From the IMG/VR virus record IMGVR_UViG_3300045988_093487: a stretch of DNA of 64,000 bases. One strand, given 5' to 3'. The notes beneath the pieces were generated by a model, which searched no databases, was not told where the DNA came from, and saw only the letters and a program-made list of their open reading frames with translations. The translations under genes and the position numbers were made by a program. Origin of the DNA: a virus. The stretch's first letter is position 1; every line of letters starts with the position of its first letter. This document shows positions 9,274-17,739 of this stretch, piece by piece.

Positions 9274-10773
9274 ATGGCAAATTTTGCAAATGCAGTTCGT
9301 GAATCTGCACGAATGACTACTACCGCAAATGGAGCAAAGTGCTACAATACCACTGGTAGCAAGATGCTTGACCTGTTCTCTACCGCTGGTGGTATGCGTA
9401 CTCGAATCAACGATGTTCGCGATGCGTTCTCTGCGGCATGGAACGAGAATCCCGAGCTGGCAATTAAGCTGGCTTTCTATTGTCGTGACGTGAGAGGTGG
9501 ACAGGGTGAACGTGACGTTGCACGTGAGATGCTTCGTTGGGTTGCGGAATATCATCCCTCTACCATGCGTAAGAATTTGAAGTTCTTACCTGAGTATGGT
9601 CGATGGGACGATATTTACGTCTTTGTCGGCACTAAGGTCGAGAATGACGTATGGCAGATGGTTCGTGAACAGTTTGCCGAGGACATCAAGAATGTCAATT
9701 CTGGCAAGTCCTGTTCTCTGATGGCTAAGTGGCTGAAGTCCGTCAACACCTCTTCTAAGAAGTCTGTTGAACTTGGTCGTTTGACTGCTCGTAAGCTGGG
9801 GCTGTCTTATATGCAGTATCAGAAAACTCTGGCTAAACTGCGTAAGTACATTAACGTGACCGAGGTTAATATGTCTGCAAACAAGTGGACTGATATTAAC
9901 TACGAGGCCGTCCCTTCTAAGGCAATGACCAACTATCGTAGCGCATTCGCTCGTCACGACCACGAAGGATTTACCGACTATATCAACGCTGTTAAGGCTG
10001 GAGAAAAGACTATTAAATCTAACACTCTGTATCCTTATGACCTTGTGCATCGGTACATGGGCGGTGGTGGCATGGTTTCCTATCGTTCCGGTTACTACAA
10101 CTGCGGTGGTCTGGCAGACAAGGAAGATGCTGTTGTTGAAGCACAGTGGAGGGCACTGCCCAACTACATTGATGGAAACCATAACGTGATGGTTATGGCA
10201 GATACATCCGGTTCTATGCGCGGTCAGCCCATTGAGTCTGCGCTTGGCCTTGCAATGTATTTTGCAGAGCGCAATAGCGGCCCTTATAAGAATCTGTTTA
10301 TGACCTTTAGTACCAATCCTTGTTATGTCACTCTGGATGAACAGAGTATGCTTGGCAATCTGAAGAAGGCCGCAAAAGCTGACTGGATGGGTTCTACCAA
10401 CCTTGAAGCTGCCTTTGCTAAGATTCTCAAGACTGCGACTGACAACCACCTGACTGATGACGAGCTGCCCAAGGCACTTGTTATCATCTCGGATATGCAG
10501 TTCAATAAGTCGTTGATTCAGGGAGACAACTACTTCGACTCTATGAAGAATATGTATGCCGCACATGGTTATACGCTTCCCCATGTCGTGTTCTGGTGCG
10601 TAAATGCTTGGGCTGGTTCTACTCACCACAATAACTATAACGACTATGTTACTGCATTTAGCGGTAATGCCGCAAGCACTTTCCGTGATGTTCTCGGAAC
10701 TATCGGTTATAATGCTTACGAGGCTATGCTGAAGGTTCTGAATGGTGAGCGTTATGCGCAGATTCATGCCTGA
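9274..10773 (+). CDS. vWA-domain protein with TROVE/DUF2828-like N-terminal region
   Basis: MIDAS MADTSGSMRG in the C-terminal half; large N-terminal domain; family assignment from memory, not verified. Confidence 0.5.
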   Translation: MANFANAVRESARMTTTANGAKCYNTTGSKMLDLFSTAGGMRTRINDVRDAFSAAWNENPELAIKLAFYCRDVRGGQGERDVAREMLRWVAEYHPSTMRKNLKFLPEYGRWDDIYVFVGTKVENDVWQMVREQFAEDIKNVNSGKSCSLMAKWLKSVNTSSKKSVELGRLTARKLGLSYMQYQKTLAKLRKYINVTEVNMSANKWTDINYEAVPSKAMTNYRSAFARHDHEGFTDYINAVKAGEKTIKSNTLYPYDLVHRYMGGGGMVSYRSGYYNCGGLADKEDAVVEAQWRALPNYIDGNHNVMVMADTSGSMRGQPIESALGLAMYFAERNSGPYKNLFMTFSTNPCYVTLDEQSMLGNLKKAAKADWMGSTNLEAAFAKILKTATDNHLTDDELPKALVIISDMQFNKSLIQGDNYFDSMKNMYAAHGYTLPHVVFWCVNAWAGSTHHNNYNDYVTAFSGNAASTFRDVLGTIGYNAYEAMLKVLNGERYAQIHA

Positions 10774-10783
10774 TGTTTGACTA

Positions 10784-10815
10784 AACGGTGGCAACACCGC
10801 CACCGTTAATTTTTT
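10784..10815 (+). terminator. rho-independent terminator
   Basis: acggtggcaacaccgccaccgt hairpin plus taattttttaat. Confidence 0.6.
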
Positions 10816-10832
10816 AATCTAAAGGAGAAAAT

Positions 10833-12365
10833 ATGGTTAATCTTTTAGCATTTGTTCCTATTATCGCAATTATCGCTGTAATTGCATTGATTGTTATTGT
10901 TTTCAAGTCTTGCTATAAGAAAGCACCGCCTAATAAAGCGATGGTCATTACTGGGCCGTCTGGTAGCAAGACTGTTCATGGAAAGGCTTGTTTTGTCATT
11001 CCGCTGATTCAGCGTGTTGATTATATGTCCTTGGAGAATATTCAGGTAGATTTTACGTCTCGTGATGAGATTCCCACTAAGGACGCTATCAATATCAATG
11101 TTGATGCGGTTGCTAATATGGCTATTGATACCGACCCGGAGCGTATGGCGGTTGCCGCATCCAAGTTTCTTGGGTATTCTATCGCAGACATCCAGACGAT
11201 TGTTCAGCCTATTTTGGAAGGTAACATCCGCGAAATTATTTCTCAGACTACTCTGAAGGAACTGATTCAGGGAGACAAGAAACAGTTTGCTGAGAAGGTC
11301 ATGGAGAATGTCGCCCCAAACCTCGCAGACCTCGGTTTGAAGCTGACTACGTTTAACATCCAGAACTTCAAGGATAGAAACGGTGTGATTGAGAATCTGG
11401 GCATTGAGAATACTGTTCAGATTTCCAAGGACGCTAAGAAAGCACAGGCACAGGCAAAGGCTGAAATTGCCATTGCAGAAGCAGAAAGCGCACGTGCCGC
11501 AAATGAAGCACAGGTTGTAGCCGATGCTGAAATCGCTCAGAAGCAGAATGAACTGGCTATTAAGAAAGCACAGTTGAAGAAGGTAACAGAAGTTGAACAG
11601 GCTCGTGCCGATGCCGCTCGTGGAATTGAAGCAGAAGAGCAGCGTAAGGCGCAGGAAATTGCAACTGCAAACGCCAACCTTGCTCGTCAGGAAAAGGAAA
11701 TTGAACTGAAGGAACGTGAGGTTGCCATTAAGGAAAAGTCTCTGGAGGCAGAGGTTAAAAAGACCGCAGAAGCAAAGCGTTACGCAGACCAGCAGGCCGC
11801 AGATGCGCATTTGTATACTGTACAGCGTCAGTCCGAGGCTTCACTGTTCGACCGTCAGAAGAAGGCAGAAGCAGAGAAGGTTGAGGCTACCCAGAGGGCA
11901 GAAGCTGAAAAGATTACCTCTGAGGCAAAGCGTATTGCCGCAGAAAACGAAGCCGCTGGTATCAAGGCAAAGGGCATTGCAGAAGCAGAAGCTATTCGTG
12001 CAAAGGCACTGGCAGAAGCAGAGGGTACTCTGAAAAAGGCAGAAGCTATGCGTGAGTACGGTGATGCCGCAACTATGGATATGAAGCTGGCCGTTGCAAA
12101 GGCTTATATCGACAAGTTGCCTGATATTGCCGCCGCAGTTGCCGCACCTATGGCAAATATTGGCAATATCACTATGTATGGCGAGGGTAACACCGCAAAG
12201 CTGACTGGTGACGTTACCAAGACCATGAAGCAGATTACTGATGGCTTTACTGATGCTACTGGTTTCAACCCTATGATGCTGTTGTCTGGCGTTCTGGGTG
12301 GTAAGCTGGCCGCATCTAACAGCGGTTCTACCGTAAACGTCCATGTTGACGGTGATAATCAGTAA
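10833..12365 (+). CDS. SPFH/flotillin-like membrane protein
   Basis: N-terminal TM segment, SPFH-like core, long Ala/Glu/Lys-rich coiled coil typical of flotillins. Confidence 0.65.
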   Translation: MVNLLAFVPIIAIIAVIALIVIVFKSCYKKAPPNKAMVITGPSGSKTVHGKACFVIPLIQRVDYMSLENIQVDFTSRDEIPTKDAININVDAVANMAIDTDPERMAVAASKFLGYSIADIQTIVQPILEGNIREIISQTTLKELIQGDKKQFAEKVMENVAPNLADLGLKLTTFNIQNFKDRNGVIENLGIENTVQISKDAKKAQAQAKAEIAIAEAESARAANEAQVVADAEIAQKQNELAIKKAQLKKVTEVEQARADAARGIEAEEQRKAQEIATANANLARQEKEIELKEREVAIKEKSLEAEVKKTAEAKRYADQQAADAHLYTVQRQSEASLFDRQKKAEAEKVEATQRAEAEKITSEAKRIAAENEAAGIKAKGIAEAEAIRAKALAEAEGTLKKAEAMREYGDAATMDMKLAVAKAYIDKLPDIAAAVAAPMANIGNITMYGEGNTAKLTGDVTKTMKQITDGFTDATGFNPMMLLSGVLGGKLAASNSGSTVNVHVDGDNQ

Positions 12366-12384
12366 TCATTCTCTTTTAGATTCT

Positions 12385-12412
12385 TGCAGGGTGTATGCCC
12401 TGCTTTTATATG
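12385..12412 (+). terminator. rho-independent terminator
   Basis: gcagggtgtatgccctgc hairpin plus ttttat. Confidence 0.55.
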
Positions 12413-12506
12413 GGGTATTAGTCTAACTGGATAAAACATCACTCTCCTAAAGTGAATTTCTCCGTTCGAGTCGGGGATGCCCCACCAAAATTTTTCTTAA
12501 AACCAC

Positions 12507-12535
12507 TTGACAAATCGCAAAAAGTATGATAGAAT
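12507..12535 (+). promoter_or_regulatory. conserved phage promoter
   Basis: aaaaccacTTGACA, 17 bp spacer, TAGAAT, then tataGGTGTTCCAAGGGGAAC leader hairpin. Confidence 0.6.
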
Positions 12536-12573
12536 ATAGGTGTTCCAAGGGGAACAGAAAGAAGGTATATTAC

Positions 12574-12786
12574 ATGAAATGTGACGCTGTAAAAGTACAC
12601 GAGTCGATTCCTATGACACCGAAGCGTCTTTATGAGTGGGCTGTTGCAAACGGTGTTGAAGATTGTCAGATGTATTTTCCGGCAGACGAGTTTATGACCG
12701 ATGTTGACTTGACAATGGATTGTATGCACAAAGAATATCGTGGTTTTGGTAAGAACAAGGAAATGGTAGTTAATATCTGTGGGTAA
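12574..12786 (+). CDS. hypothetical protein
   Basis: ATG downstream of the promoter and leader; 70 aa. Confidence 0.4.
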   Translation: MKCDAVKVHESIPMTPKRLYEWAVANGVEDCQMYFPADEFMTDVDLTMDCMHKEYRGFGKNKEMVVNICG

Positions 12787-13087
12787 TTGTACGATGGTTT
12801 TTGTATATGAACTGAAGTACGCTGATAAACGCAAATTAGTTCCAGTCACAGAGAGTCCGAAGACGAGGACAATTGCTACGGTGATTAACAAAGTTACTGG
12901 AAACGATGTTAAGCGTTTGTATAATCGCCTGAAGCGAAGTGGCAATATGCCACAGATGGAGCATCTAAAAGATGGGAACTACCGTATTATGTATATGGCA
13001 CTGCCTAATGGGTTGAAGTTTGACCCATTCTATAAAGGTGGAACATATTACAGAGGAAGGAGCGTATTTGACCGTGATGACACTTGA
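12779..13087 (+). CDS. hypothetical protein
   Basis: 102 aa ORF overlapping its neighbours. Confidence 0.3.
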   Translation: MGNCTMVFVYELKYADKRKLVPVTESPKTRTIATVINKVTGNDVKRLYNRLKRSGNMPQMEHLKDGNYRIMYMALPNGLKFDPFYKGGTYYRGRSVFDRDDT

Positions 13088-13862
13088 TGATAGAATGAAA
13101 ACTTATTATGAGGGTGCATATCGTGTTTATCTGACGCGGCGTATGCCAGTCATTATCCGAATCGACTCTCGTGCTGGGCACACCTTCACAAAGAATCTGA
13201 AAAAGCCTTTTGATGCAGTTTTCACTGCAACTATGCAGGATACAATGAAGTATCTGTGTGAAAACATTCAGGGCTGTGTAATTGGTTATACGCAGTCTGA
13301 TGAAATTACTTTGTGCCTTGTTGATTATGACAAGCTGGAAACCGATGCTTGGTTTGGTTATAATCTAAACAAGCTGGTAAGCCTTAGTGCATCAATGGCT
13401 ACGTTGGCGTTTAATAAGTATTTTGAACGTAATGCCAATAGAACCCTCACCAAGATGGCATTGTCCTCTGGTGTGAATAAGTTTGAAATTGACGCTTACT
13501 CTGCTACATTGGCAAAGTGTAAAGAAAAGGGTTTGTGCTTCGATTCTCGCGCCTTTAATATCCCGAAGGAAGAGGCATGTAACTGTTTCTTATGGAGACA
13601 GCTTGACGCTTCTCGAAACAGTATTCAGGCGGTCGGTCAGGCAAACTTCTCGCATACTGTTCTGAATGGCAAGAGTACGTCTGAAATTCAGGATATGTTG
13701 ATGACCGAAAAAGGCATCAACTGGAACGACCTTGCGACTGAATTAAAGCGTGGCTCTTGCTGTGTACGAGATGGTAATGGCTGGTCTATTGACCGCGAGA
13801 TTCCTAAGTTTACCGGCGAAGGCCGTGACTATATTGATAAGCTGGTTTTTGTTGGAGAATAA
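13077..13862 (+). CDS. Thg1-like tRNA-His guanylyltransferase / 3'-5' polymerase
   Basis: IRIDSRAGHTFTK...KPFD...GYTQSDEITL matches the Thg1 catalytic core (RxDGRxFHxF, KPxD, YGQSDE); start codon uncertain (13020, 13077 or 13095). Confidence 0.65.
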   Translation: MTLDDRMKTYYEGAYRVYLTRRMPVIIRIDSRAGHTFTKNLKKPFDAVFTATMQDTMKYLCENIQGCVIGYTQSDEITLCLVDYDKLETDAWFGYNLNKLVSLSASMATLAFNKYFERNANRTLTKMALSSGVNKFEIDAYSATLAKCKEKGLCFDSRAFNIPKEEACNCFLWRQLDASRNSIQAVGQANFSHTVLNGKSTSEIQDMLMTEKGINWNDLATELKRGSCCVRDGNGWSIDREIPKFTGEGRDYIDKLVFVGE

Positions 13863-13863
13863 A

Positions 13864-14064
13864 ATGCCTAAATATAGTTTTGATTTTAGGTACGCATACG
13901 GAAGTTGGACATTATGTAATTTGCGTTATGAGCATTATGACATTGATGCCCCTTCTGAAAAGGAAGCATTTAAAATCGCAGAAAAACAGTTCAATGAAAC
14001 GCATAAATCTGCAATATGCGACCTCTATCGTGATAGTGATGGATGGCATAAACTTCTTTGGTGA
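13864..14064 (+). CDS. hypothetical protein
   Basis: 66 aa ORF starting ATGCCTAAATAT. Confidence 0.35.
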   Translation: MPKYSFDFRYAYGSWTLCNLRYEHYDIDAPSEKEAFKIAEKQFNETHKSAICDLYRDSDGWHKLLW

Positions 14065-14339
14065 GTATGAACATTAACATTCCGTTTTCTTGCGGCGATG
14101 TTGTGTACGCTGTAAGACCTAAAAATATGTATAACAAGGAAGCCTATATTTATAAAGGCATTGTTATTTATATTAAAGTCGAGGTTGACCGTGACAATAA
14201 AGCTAAAATTATGGCGCACGTCCGTGACCTCGATGAGACTTTAAGCGTACCTAACATCATCTATCAGAGCAGTGACAGTATCTACGCCACTCTGGATGAA
14301 GCTAGGTCAGCTAATCCAGATGTTCTGATAAAAATTTAA
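14058..14339 (+). CDS. hypothetical protein
   Basis: 93 aa ORF. Confidence 0.4.
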   Translation: MVSMNINIPFSCGDVVYAVRPKNMYNKEAYIYKGIVIYIKVEVDRDNKAKIMAHVRDLDETLSVPNIIYQSSDSIYATLDEARSANPDVLIKI

Positions 14340-14357
14340 AAAATTTCCCAAAACCCC

Positions 14358-14386
14358 TTGACAAATGATAAAAAATCTGGTATAAT
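14358..14386 (+). promoter_or_regulatory. conserved phage promoter driving the tRNA operon
   Basis: aaaaccccTTGACA, 17 bp spacer, TATAAT; leader hairpin GAGGAACgaaaGTTCCTC. Confidence 0.65.
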
Positions 14387-14421
14387 AAGGGTGTCAAGAG
14401 GAACGAAAGTTCCTCAAATAT

Positions 14422-14494
14422 ACGTCGGTAGTTTAACGGTAAAACAATGGCCTCCAAAGCCAGAAGATGATGGGTTCAAATCCCTCCCGGCGTG
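14422..14494 (+). tRNA. tRNA-Trp(CCA)
   Basis: acceptor acgtcgg/ccggcgt; anticodon loop ctCCAaa; GGGTTCAAATCCC T-arm (T-stem weakly paired); no encoded CCA. Confidence 0.55.
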
Positions 14495-14501
14495 TTTATA
14501 T

Positions 14502-14576
14502 GCGCTTATCGTTCAATGGATAGGACAAAACTCTTCTAAAGTTTTTATGTGGGTTCAATTCCTACTAGGCGTACCA
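14502..14576 (+). tRNA. tRNA-Arg(TCT)
   Basis: acceptor gcgctta/taggcgt; D-stem gttc/ggac; anticodon stem aaact/agttt with loop ctTCTaa; T-arm gtggg-ttcaatt-cctac; 3' CCA encoded. Confidence 0.7.
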
Positions 14577-14578
14577 CA

Positions 14579-14662
14579 GACGCATACAGCAATCCATAAA
14601 TTTTAATGGTTTAAAAAGAATGCTTAAAACAATCTTTCACGGTTCGATTCCGTTCTGCGTCT
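14579..14662 (+). tRNA. atypical tRNA-like gene (possible Leu-TAA, non-canonical D region)
   Basis: acceptor agacgca/tgcgtct (7/7) and cggTTCGATTccg T-arm, but about 14 extra nt around the D-arm; candidate anticodon arm gaatg-cttaaaa-caatc. Confidence 0.3.
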
Positions 14663-14739
14663 AATTTTTAGTTATTCTTCATCTTTATCTGAACTCGATA
14701 GACACGAACAGCAACACTTTCTTTGTTCGCGCCACTAAT

Positions 14740-14812
14740 TGCGAATATAGTTTAGATGGTTAGAACGCCACACCAAAATGTGGAGACGTGGGTTCGAGTC
14801 CCACTTATAGTT
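14740..14812 (+). tRNA. tRNA-like element / probable tRNA pseudogene
   Basis: canonical D-arm (tagtttagatggttagaac) and T-arm (gtgggTTCGAGTcccac) but a 6-nt anticodon loop (ccaaaa) and a poorly paired acceptor. Confidence 0.3.
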
Positions 14813-14823
14813 GTGTCTAATAT

Positions 14824-14896
14824 GCCCGGTTAGTCAAGTTGGCTAAGACGAGTGACTCTCAATCACTAGGCGGCAGTTCAATCCTGCCACCGGGTA
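14824..14896 (+). tRNA. tRNA-Glu(CTC)
   Basis: acceptor gcccggt/accgggt; anticodon stem agtga/tcact with loop ctCTCaa; T-arm ggcag-ttcaatc-ctgcc. Confidence 0.6.
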
Positions 14897-14901
14897 CTTT
14901 A

Positions 14902-14929
14902 TGGTCGAGTAGCTCAGTTGGTTAGAGCA
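14902..14929 (+). pseudogene. 5' fragment of a tRNA gene (acceptor + D-arm only)
   Basis: ggtcgagtagctcagttggttagagcag matches the 5' third of the tRNA-Lys and tRNA-Ile genes in this cluster, then diverges; lies next to the endonuclease gene. Confidence 0.45.
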
Positions 14930-14944
14930 GTAAATAAATGAGGT

Positions 14945-15703
14945 ATGAATATGGTAAACTCAAAGATGAAGGGTAATATTGCAGAATCGCGTGTTCTTTA
15001 TGAATTTGTTTAGAGGGGAATACCAGTTTCAATACCTTATGGCGATAATGAACGCTATGATATGATAGCGGAATTTAATGGGAAACTGAACAAGATACAG
15101 ATAAAGTTTTGTAATCAACAGATAGTTGATGGTTCGATAAGTTGCCCATGTTCTAATATAGTGAGTCCATTAACAAAAAGTAAGCACAGGGAATTATATG
15201 TTAATGACGTTGATTATATGGCATTTTACATATATGTATGGGATGTTGCTGTTATAATTCCAACAAGTTACATAGGGAATAGGATTCAGATAAAGATTAG
15301 AAAAGAACGCACAAAGAATAATCAAACTACAGCATCTACTTTTGTTGATGATTTTACATTTGATAAGATTGTTGGTACAGATATTCGTAATGTGATAGAA
15401 GAGCAACAAAATACCTACGAGAAGGCATATAATAGATGTATTGATTGTGGATGTATCATATCTGATAGAGCCGTAAGATGTTTAAAATGCAGAAACTTGA
15501 AGCAATACGAAGAAACAGCGAATCCGAATATGATAGATAGGGATACGCTCAAATCTATGATTAGAAATACACCGTTTAAGCATATTGCATCTATATGTGG
15601 AGTCTCGGATAACTGTATTAGAAATTGGTGTAAAAGGTATAATCTTCCATACCGCACATCTGATATTAAGAAATATACAGATGACGAGTGGAATGATATA
15701 TGA
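14945..15703 (+). CDS. Hjc/PD-(D/E)xK-type homing endonuclease with C-terminal Zn-finger/HTH, containing an in-frame TAG
   Basis: MNMVNSKMKGNIAESRVLYEFV-TAG-RGIPVSIPYGDNERYDMIAEFNGKLNKIQIKF matches Hjc-like nuclease motifs (GxxxE...D...K) across the TAG; CIDCGC...CLKCR zinc finger; the ORF track only shows the part from 15062. Confidence 0.5.
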
Positions 15704-15843
15704 TTTTGTTAGCTAATTACAAAAACAATATCCTACTGACATAATAATACCCATTTTTCGGTTTGGATAACAGCGCATAGGTATAAAAGTCTGTGATTAT
15801 TGGATAGGCTAACAATGACTGCTGGAAAGACAGCGTTTTATAT

Positions 15844-15920
15844 GCGGCAGTAGTTCAACTGGATAGAACAATCGGCTACGAACCGATAGGTTGCGAGTTC
15901 AAGTCTTGTCTGCCGTACCA
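15844..15920 (+). tRNA. tRNA-Arg(ACG)
   Basis: acceptor gcggcag/ctgccgt; anticodon stem atcgg/ccgat with loop ctACGaa; T-arm gcgag-ttcaagt-cttgt; CCA encoded. Confidence 0.7.
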
Positions 15921-16042
15921 GATAAATGAATCTTAAATTACGCTGGACAAAGGATAGCCTTTTATGGGAGACTGTTACGACAGTAACCCTGATTATCGGT
16001 GATGATGCTAACTCATGAGAGTGCGTAAGCCGACATTTATAT

Positions 16043-16118
16043 GTGCGTGTACTCGAATTGGCATAGAGAACGGTCTAAGAAGCCGTGTTTTGTGGGTTCA
16101 AGTCCCACCATGCACACC
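16043..16118 (+). tRNA. tRNA with anticodon AAG (Leu-like, short variable arm)
   Basis: acceptor gtgcgtg/catgcac; anticodon stem acggt/gccgt with loop ctAAGaa; T-arm gtggg-ttcaagt-cccac; A73; CCA encoded. Confidence 0.55.
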
Positions 16119-16122
16119 AGAA

Positions 16123-16243
16123 TACAGTATGGTTTCAATGGTAAAACATCACCCAAATAAGAATGTGTCTATGCAGACATAAGCCGCAACTGTTTTTCTT
16201 AAAAGCCAAGGTGAAGATGTCGGTTCGACCCCGACTGCTGTAT
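16123..16243 (+). tRNA. tRNA-like gene with about 50-nt insertion in the anticodon region
   Basis: perfect acceptor tacagta/tgctgta; D-arm gttt-caatggta-aaac; T-arm gtcgg-ttcgacc-ccgac; the region between D and T arms is about 55 nt too long and contains the hairpin tgtct-atgc-agaca. Confidence 0.35.
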
Positions 16244-16250
16244 TTATTAT

Positions 16251-16326
16251 GCGAGATTAACTCAACTGGAAGAGTGCCACTCTTACAAAGTGGAAGGTAC
16301 AAGTTCGAGTCTTGTATTTCGCACCA
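16251..16326 (+). tRNA. tRNA-Val(TAC)
   Basis: acceptor gcgagat/atttcgc; D-stem actc/gagt; anticodon stem ccact/agtgg with loop ctTACaa; T-arm acaag-ttcgagt-cttgt; CCA encoded. Confidence 0.7.
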
Positions 16327-16413
16327 TACGACAGTTTATAAGCAAAACAAGTTCTGTCGGTGATAAGACAAAAGACTTAATTGGCGGTTGAGTGACCTTA
16401 AACTCACCATTAT

Positions 16414-16529
16414 GGCTGTGTAGCTCAACTGGTAGAGCGCGTAAAACCTATCTATTTTAGATAGTAACAGCTACACATTTTTCCATTATAAGGACGAGGT
16501 TTATGGTTCGAGTCCATACGCAGCCACCA
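16414..16529 (+). tRNA. tRNA-like gene with about 40-nt insertion
   Basis: acceptor ggctgtg/cgcagcc; canonical D-arm tagctcaactggtagagc; T-arm tatgg-ttcgagt-ccata; CCA encoded; extra hairpin tatcta-tttt-tagata between the D and T arms. Confidence 0.35.
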
Positions 16530-16585
16530 GAAAATCTAAAAGAAGGGAAATGAATCCGATGCAGTAGATTGATAATAACAATCCA

Positions 16586-16822
16586 ATGGTTTTCTTTCAA
16601 ATGTTGGGTGAAGTTGCTGGTGACAACATCATGAGCAAGATTTCCCGACTAAAGATTGGTGAAGAAAACGGAATTGTTACTTTATATCTAAGAGATGAAC
16701 GCGAACCGTTCAACGATAGTGAACTTAGACAGCTAAAATACATCTTAGAAAGATGGTATGATATAATTTCTTTTAGGCGTGAAGATAGGCTTACTATGTT
16801 AGATATGAAGGTAAGAAAATGA
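16586..16822 (+). CDS. hypothetical protein inside the tRNA cluster
   Basis: 78 aa ORF; start uncertain. Confidence 0.3.
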   Translation: MVFFQMLGEVAGDNIMSKISRLKIGEENGIVTLYLRDEREPFNDSELRQLKYILERWYDIISFRREDRLTMLDMKVRK

Positions 16823-16920
16823 CCCTCCTTTATTTTTATATATAAAAAGACACATCCAGCAAACTTTTATTAAATTTTGAGTAGCCTTATGGTTCAATTT
16901 TTAATGTGTCTTTTAGATTT

Positions 16921-17008
16921 GCCAGTGTAGTTCAGTTGGTAGAACGCGGGTTTTGTAATCCCGATGCCGAAAGGGTTCTCGCAGGTTCAAGTCCTGTCAC
17001 TGGCTCCA
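16921..17008 (+). tRNA. tRNA with anticodon TGT (Thr-like) and a 17-nt variable region
   Basis: acceptor gccagtg/cactggc; D-arm gttc-agttggta-gaac; anticodon stem cggg(t)/(t)cccg with loop ttTGTaa; T-arm gcagg-ttcaagt-cctgt; CCA encoded. Confidence 0.5.
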
Positions 17009-17009
17009 T

Positions 17010-17085
17010 GCCACTTTAATTCAGTAGATAGAATGATGCGTTCGTACCGCATACGTCGTAGGTTTAATTCCTACAGGTGGCTCCA
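17010..17085 (+). tRNA. tRNA-Thr(CGT)
   Basis: acceptor gccactt/aggtggc; D-stem attc/gaat; anticodon stem atgcg/cgcat with loop ttCGTac; T-arm gtagg-tttaatt-cctac; CCA encoded. Confidence 0.7.
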
Positions 17086-17222
17086 ATCGCACCTATACCG
17101 TGGTAGAATAGGTATAGGCAAGTATTTTAACTACCGTGTCCATAGAGTTAATGGACTTGGGAGGTACTGACAAGACAGAAGAGCAAGTACCATGCACGTG
17201 GGCGGGTATTCGTGCTTTCATT

Positions 17223-17300
17223 TGCGTTCGTAGCTCAGTTGGTTAGAGCAATCGCCTTTTAAGCGATGGGTCGGGAGTTCGAGTCTCTTCGGGCGCACCA
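17223..17300 (+). tRNA. tRNA-Lys(TTT)
   Basis: acceptor gcgttcg/cgggcgc; D-arm tagctcagttggttagagc; anticodon stem atcgc/gcgat with loop ctTTTaa; GTTCGAGTC T-loop; CCA encoded. Confidence 0.7.
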
Positions 17301-17453
17301 CGCGGTAAGTAGTTTTCGAGTTGCGACTATTGTAGCTGGTATTCGTAAAAAATATAGTAAATGCGTGATATGACAGTATGCCGTGTTTGTGTTAAGGAAC
17401 AAGCACATTGCGGATAAACCGATGACTGCTGGAAAGACAGCAATTTATGTTTC

Positions 17454-17530
17454 CATAGCTCAGTTGGTTAGAGCGCAATCCTGATAAGATTGAGGTCGAA
17501 TGTTCAATTCATTCTGGAAACACCACTTAT
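17454..17530 (+). tRNA. tRNA-Ile(GAT)
   Basis: acceptor gtttcca/tggaaac; anticodon stem caatc/gattg with loop ctGATaa; T-arm gaatg-ttcaatt-cattc; CCA encoded. Confidence 0.7.
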
Positions 17531-17648
17531 TTTTGAAGTATTATAAAGATACTTTGAAATCTGATAGAAAATATCGTGTATTCACTAGGTATGAAACCGC
17601 TGGATGCAACGATACTCGCGTTATGCCTTTAGTAATCAAGGCATAATA

Positions 17649-17739
17649 TGTGGTAGTACCCAAGAGGTTGAAGGGGCTTGCTTGGAAAGCAAGTAGGCGG
17701 CGTATACCGTGCAGGGGTTCAAATCCCTTCTACCACGCC
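17649..17739 (+). tRNA. tRNA-Ser(GGA), type II
   Basis: perfect acceptor gtggtag/ctaccac; 3-bp D-stem; anticodon stem cttgc/gcaag with loop ttGGAaa; 19-nt variable arm; T-arm agggg-ttcaaat-ccctt; G73 and CCA encoded. Confidence 0.7.

Noticed and set aside
9586-11810. Long antisense ORFs (9586-10803 minus; 10845-11810 minus) opposite the vWA and flotillin genes; likewise 338-736, 3703-4467, 20181-20957, 24058-24822, 44339-44983 and 44796-45212
   Set aside because: They overlap well-supported sense genes with recognisable domains and have low-complexity or Cys/Leu-rich translations and no ribosome-binding sites. Spurious.
14358-14606. 82-aa ORF from the supplied track overlapping the tRNA genes
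   Set aside because: It overlaps the promoter, the leader hairpin and two well-folded tRNAs. Not coding.
15844-15920. CTA inside the anticodon loop of tRNA-Arg (loop ctacgaa) considered as an amber suppressor
   Set aside because: With the 5-bp stem atcgg/ccgat the anticodon positions 34-36 are ACG, not CTA. The CTA occupies positions 32-34.
17086-17222. Hairpin-rich spacer (cctatac...gtatagg, gtccat-agagtta-atggac) examined as a possible additional tRNA or suppressor tRNA
   Set aside because: No acceptor-stem pairing and no GTTC T-arm. The last hairpin (gcacg...cgtgc + tttcattt) looks like a terminator immediately before tRNA-Lys.
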